Shown here one piece after another: positions 62,019-64,000 of a DNA stretch of 64,000 bases. This stretch comes from Gammaproteobacteria bacterium. GTDB lineage: Bacteria; Pseudomonadota; Gammaproteobacteria; HyVt-429. The stretch's first letter is position 1. Every line of letters begins with the position of its first letter. The notes under the pieces are model-generated. The model searched no databases, was not told where the DNA came from, and saw only the letters and a list, made by a program, of their open reading frames with translations. The stretch spans positions 152-64,151 of the forward strand of contig JAJDOE010000014.1 of assembly GCA_022340345.1 (NCBI GenBank), read 5' to 3'. The translations under genes were made by a program, and so were the position numbers.

Positions 62019-62501
62019 ATGGCCAAAACCACCAAAAAGAAAGCCGGAACGGCCACCATCGCCCTCAACAAGAAGGCCCGCCACGACTACCACCTGGAGG
62101 AGCGTTTCGAGGCCGGTATTGCCCTTCAGGGATGGGAGGTCAAGGCGCTGCGCGCCGGGCGGATGAATCTCAAGGAAAGCTACGTCATCATCCGCAACGG
62201 CGAGATCTGGCTGTTCGGCGCCCACTTGCCCCCCTTGCCAGCGGCTTCCACCCATATCCAGCCGGATCCCACGCGCCTGCGCAAGCTGCTGTTGCATCGC
62301 AAGGAGATCGCAACCCTGATCGGTGCCGTGGAGCGCCAGGGATACACCCTGGTACCGGTGGCCATGTACTGGAAACGTGGCCACGCCAAGCTGGAGATCG
62401 CCCTGGCCAAGGGCAAGAAGGCCCATGACAAGCGTGCCGACCTCAAGGAACGCGAATGGAACCGGGAACAACAGCGGGTCCTGAAGAACTACAATCGCTG
62501 A
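62019..62501 (+). CDS. smpB: SsrA-binding protein
   Basis: [47 protein letters not shown]…; 160 aa. Start at 62019, not the upstream ATG 61827. Confidence 0.95.
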   Translation: MAKTTKKKAGTATIALNKKARHDYHLEERFEAGIALQGWEVKALRAGRMNLKESYVIIRNGEIWLFGAHLPPLPAASTHIQPDPTRLRKLLLHRKEIATLIGAVERQGYTLVPVAMYWKRGHAKLEIALAKGKKAHDKRADLKEREWNREQQRVLKNYNR

Positions 62502-62502
62502 C

Positions 62503-64000
62503 ATGAGCCAGCGCCGCCTCGCCGCCATCATGTTTACCGACATCGTCGGCTATTCTGCGTTGAGCCAACGCAACGAGTCGGCCGCCCTTGCGCTGGTACA
62601 GACCCAGCAGGACCTGCTACGCCCGCTGATCGCCTCCCATAACGGCGAGGAGATCAAATCCACCGGCGACGGCCTGCTTCTGGAATTCGCCAGTGCCCTG
62701 CAGTCGGTGGAATGCGCGGTGCAGATGCAGCAAGCGGTGCGCGCGCGCAACCGGGACAACGCGAGAGCGGTACCCCTGGAACTGCGTATCGGTATCCACC
62801 TGGGAGACGTGGAACACCGCGACGGCGACGTGTTCGGCGATGGCGTCAACATCGCCGCGCGCATCGAACCGCTGGCGGCTCCGGGAAGCATTTACATCTC
62901 CGAGGATGTCGCCCGCCAGGTGGACGGCAAGCTGAACGTCGCGCTGCACAGTCACGGCCCGCAGGCACTCAAGAACATCCGTCGCCCGGTCGAGGTCTTC
63001 GAAGTCATCGCCGACACCAGCGGTGCGCCGACATCGTCGGGTAGCGGCGAAACTCCGAACTCTATCGCCGTGCTGCCCTTCGCCGACATGAGTGCCGCGG
63101 GAGACAACGAGTATTTCGCCGACGGCATGACCGAGGAACTTATCGACACCTTTGCGCGCATTCCCGACCTCAAGGTCATCGCGCGCACCTCGGTATTTGC
63201 CCTCAAGGGCAAGGACCTGGACATCCGCCAGATCGGCGACAAGCTCGGAGTGGAGACGGTGCTCGAGGGCAGCGTACGGCGCGCGGGCGACCGGCTGCGC
63301 ATCACCGCCCAGCTGATCAAGGTGAGTGATCAATCCCACCTGTGGTCCCAGCGCTACGACCGGGACATGGGCGACGTGTTCGCCATCCAGGAGGACATCG
63401 CCCGCGCCATTGCCGATGCCCTGACGGCGCGTTTCGGCGCCAGCGCGGCCCAGTCGCTGTCCGTGGCGGTCTGCTGCGATCCGGAGGCCTACTCGCTGTT
63501 TCTGCAGGGGCGGTACTTCACCAACCAGCGTACCCAGGAATCGCTGGAGAAGGCCAAGGCCTGTTTCCAACAGGCCCTGGAGATCTCTCCGGACTACGCC
63601 GGCGCCGAGGCCGGACTCGCCCTTGCCGCGTTGTGGCAGGGCTCCTACTACGGCGACCTCGAGAAAAACATGACGATCGCCAGCATCGCGGCGCGGCGCG
63701 CGGTGGAACTGGACCCGAACCTGGCCGAGGCGCATTCGGCCATGGGGGAATTCCTGCTATTGCGCGAATTCGACTGGGGCGGCGCGGAGGCGGAGTTCCG
63801 GCGCGCGCTGGCTATCAACAGCGCCGACACCGAGGCCCAGGAGGGCCTGTCCACGGTACTCGCGGTATCCGAACGCACTGATGAGGCCATCGCCCAGATC
63901 GAGGAGTTCCTCAGCAGCAACCCGCTGTCGCTGGTGATTCGCCGGCGGCTGGGCGTCGCTCACTACGTGGCCCGCGACTACGCCAGCGCCGAGGCCGTGT
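62503..64000 (+). CDS. Class III adenylate/guanylate cyclase with C-terminal TPR repeats (3' end outside window)
   Basis: AAIMFTDIVGYSAL…KSTGDGLLLEF…IGIHLGDVEHRDGDVFGDGVNIAARIE is the CHD domain. A winged-helix/TPR region follows (…AEAHSAMGEFLLL…). No stop before 64000. Confidence 0.85.
   Translation, partial: MSQRRLAAIMFTDIVGYSALSQRNESAALALVQTQQDLLRPLIASHNGEEIKSTGDGLLLEFASALQSVECAVQMQQAVRARNRDNARAVPLELRIGIHLGDVEHRDGDVFGDGVNIAARIEPLAAPGSIYISEDVARQVDGKLNVALHSHGPQALKNIRRPVEVFEVIADTSGAPTSSGSGETPNSIAVLPFADMSAAGDNEYFADGMTEELIDTFARIPDLKVIARTSVFALKGKDLDIRQIGDKLGVETVLEGSVRRAGDRLRITAQLIKVSDQSHLWSQRYDRDMGDVFAIQEDIARAIADALTARFGASAAQSLSVAVCCDPEAYSLFLQGRYFTNQRTQESLEKAKACFQQALEISPDYAGAEAGLALAALWQGSYYGDLEKNMTIASIAARRAVELDPNLAEAHSAMGEFLLLREFDWGGAEAEFRRALAINSADTEAQEGLSTVLAVSERTDEAIAQIEEFLSSNPLSLVIRRRLGVAHYVARDYASAEAV

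Noticed and set aside
62617-63735. 372-aa minus-strand ORF
   Set aside because: Antisense to the adenylate cyclase CHD/TPR gene that runs off the window.
62502-64000. Expected ssrA (tmRNA) gene downstream of smpB
   Set aside because: The adenylate cyclase gene starts 2 nt after the smpB stop and the 108-bp region upstream of smpB is too short. No tmRNA-like tRNA-Ala acceptor/T-arm sequence was found, so ssrA must lie elsewhere.

Overview
This 64 kb window is a high-GC (about 65%) gammaproteobacterial chromosomal segment that is almost entirely core housekeeping genes on both strands. The gene order follows well-known E. coli/Pseudomonas-type synteny blocks: dnaQ-rnhA-yafS-gloB-mltD; rimI-udg; leuA with a Leu-rich leader peptide; pssA-psd-ilvC-ilvH-ilvI; cysS-ppiB-lpxH; glycerate kinase-metZ-purF-cvpA-dedD-folC-accD-trpA-trpB-trpF-truA-fimV-asd-leuB-leuD-leuC; aroC; dcd; apbC<>metG; hrcA-grpE-dnaK-dnaJ; nadK-recN-bamE-(thioredoxin-like)-ratA; and smpB followed by a partial class III adenylate cyclase. 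I found no rRNA, tRNA, CRISPR array, transposase or integrase. The one clearly accessory, system-like locus is at about 45.8-50.4 kb: a FIST sensor-domain gene followed by a tightly packed bufferin-type RiPP operon (DUF2282 precursor bufA, MNIO/DUF692 bufB, DUF2063 bufC, DoxX), extended by a co-operonic ArsS-family radical SAM/Cys-rich enzyme with no arsenic genes nearby. A radical SAM enzyme in a bufferin (MNIO) RiPP operon is the most likely novel feature. Several unusual intergenic repeat and palindrome structures are reported separately. Many long ORFs in the track are antisense or wrong-frame GC artefacts and were rejected.
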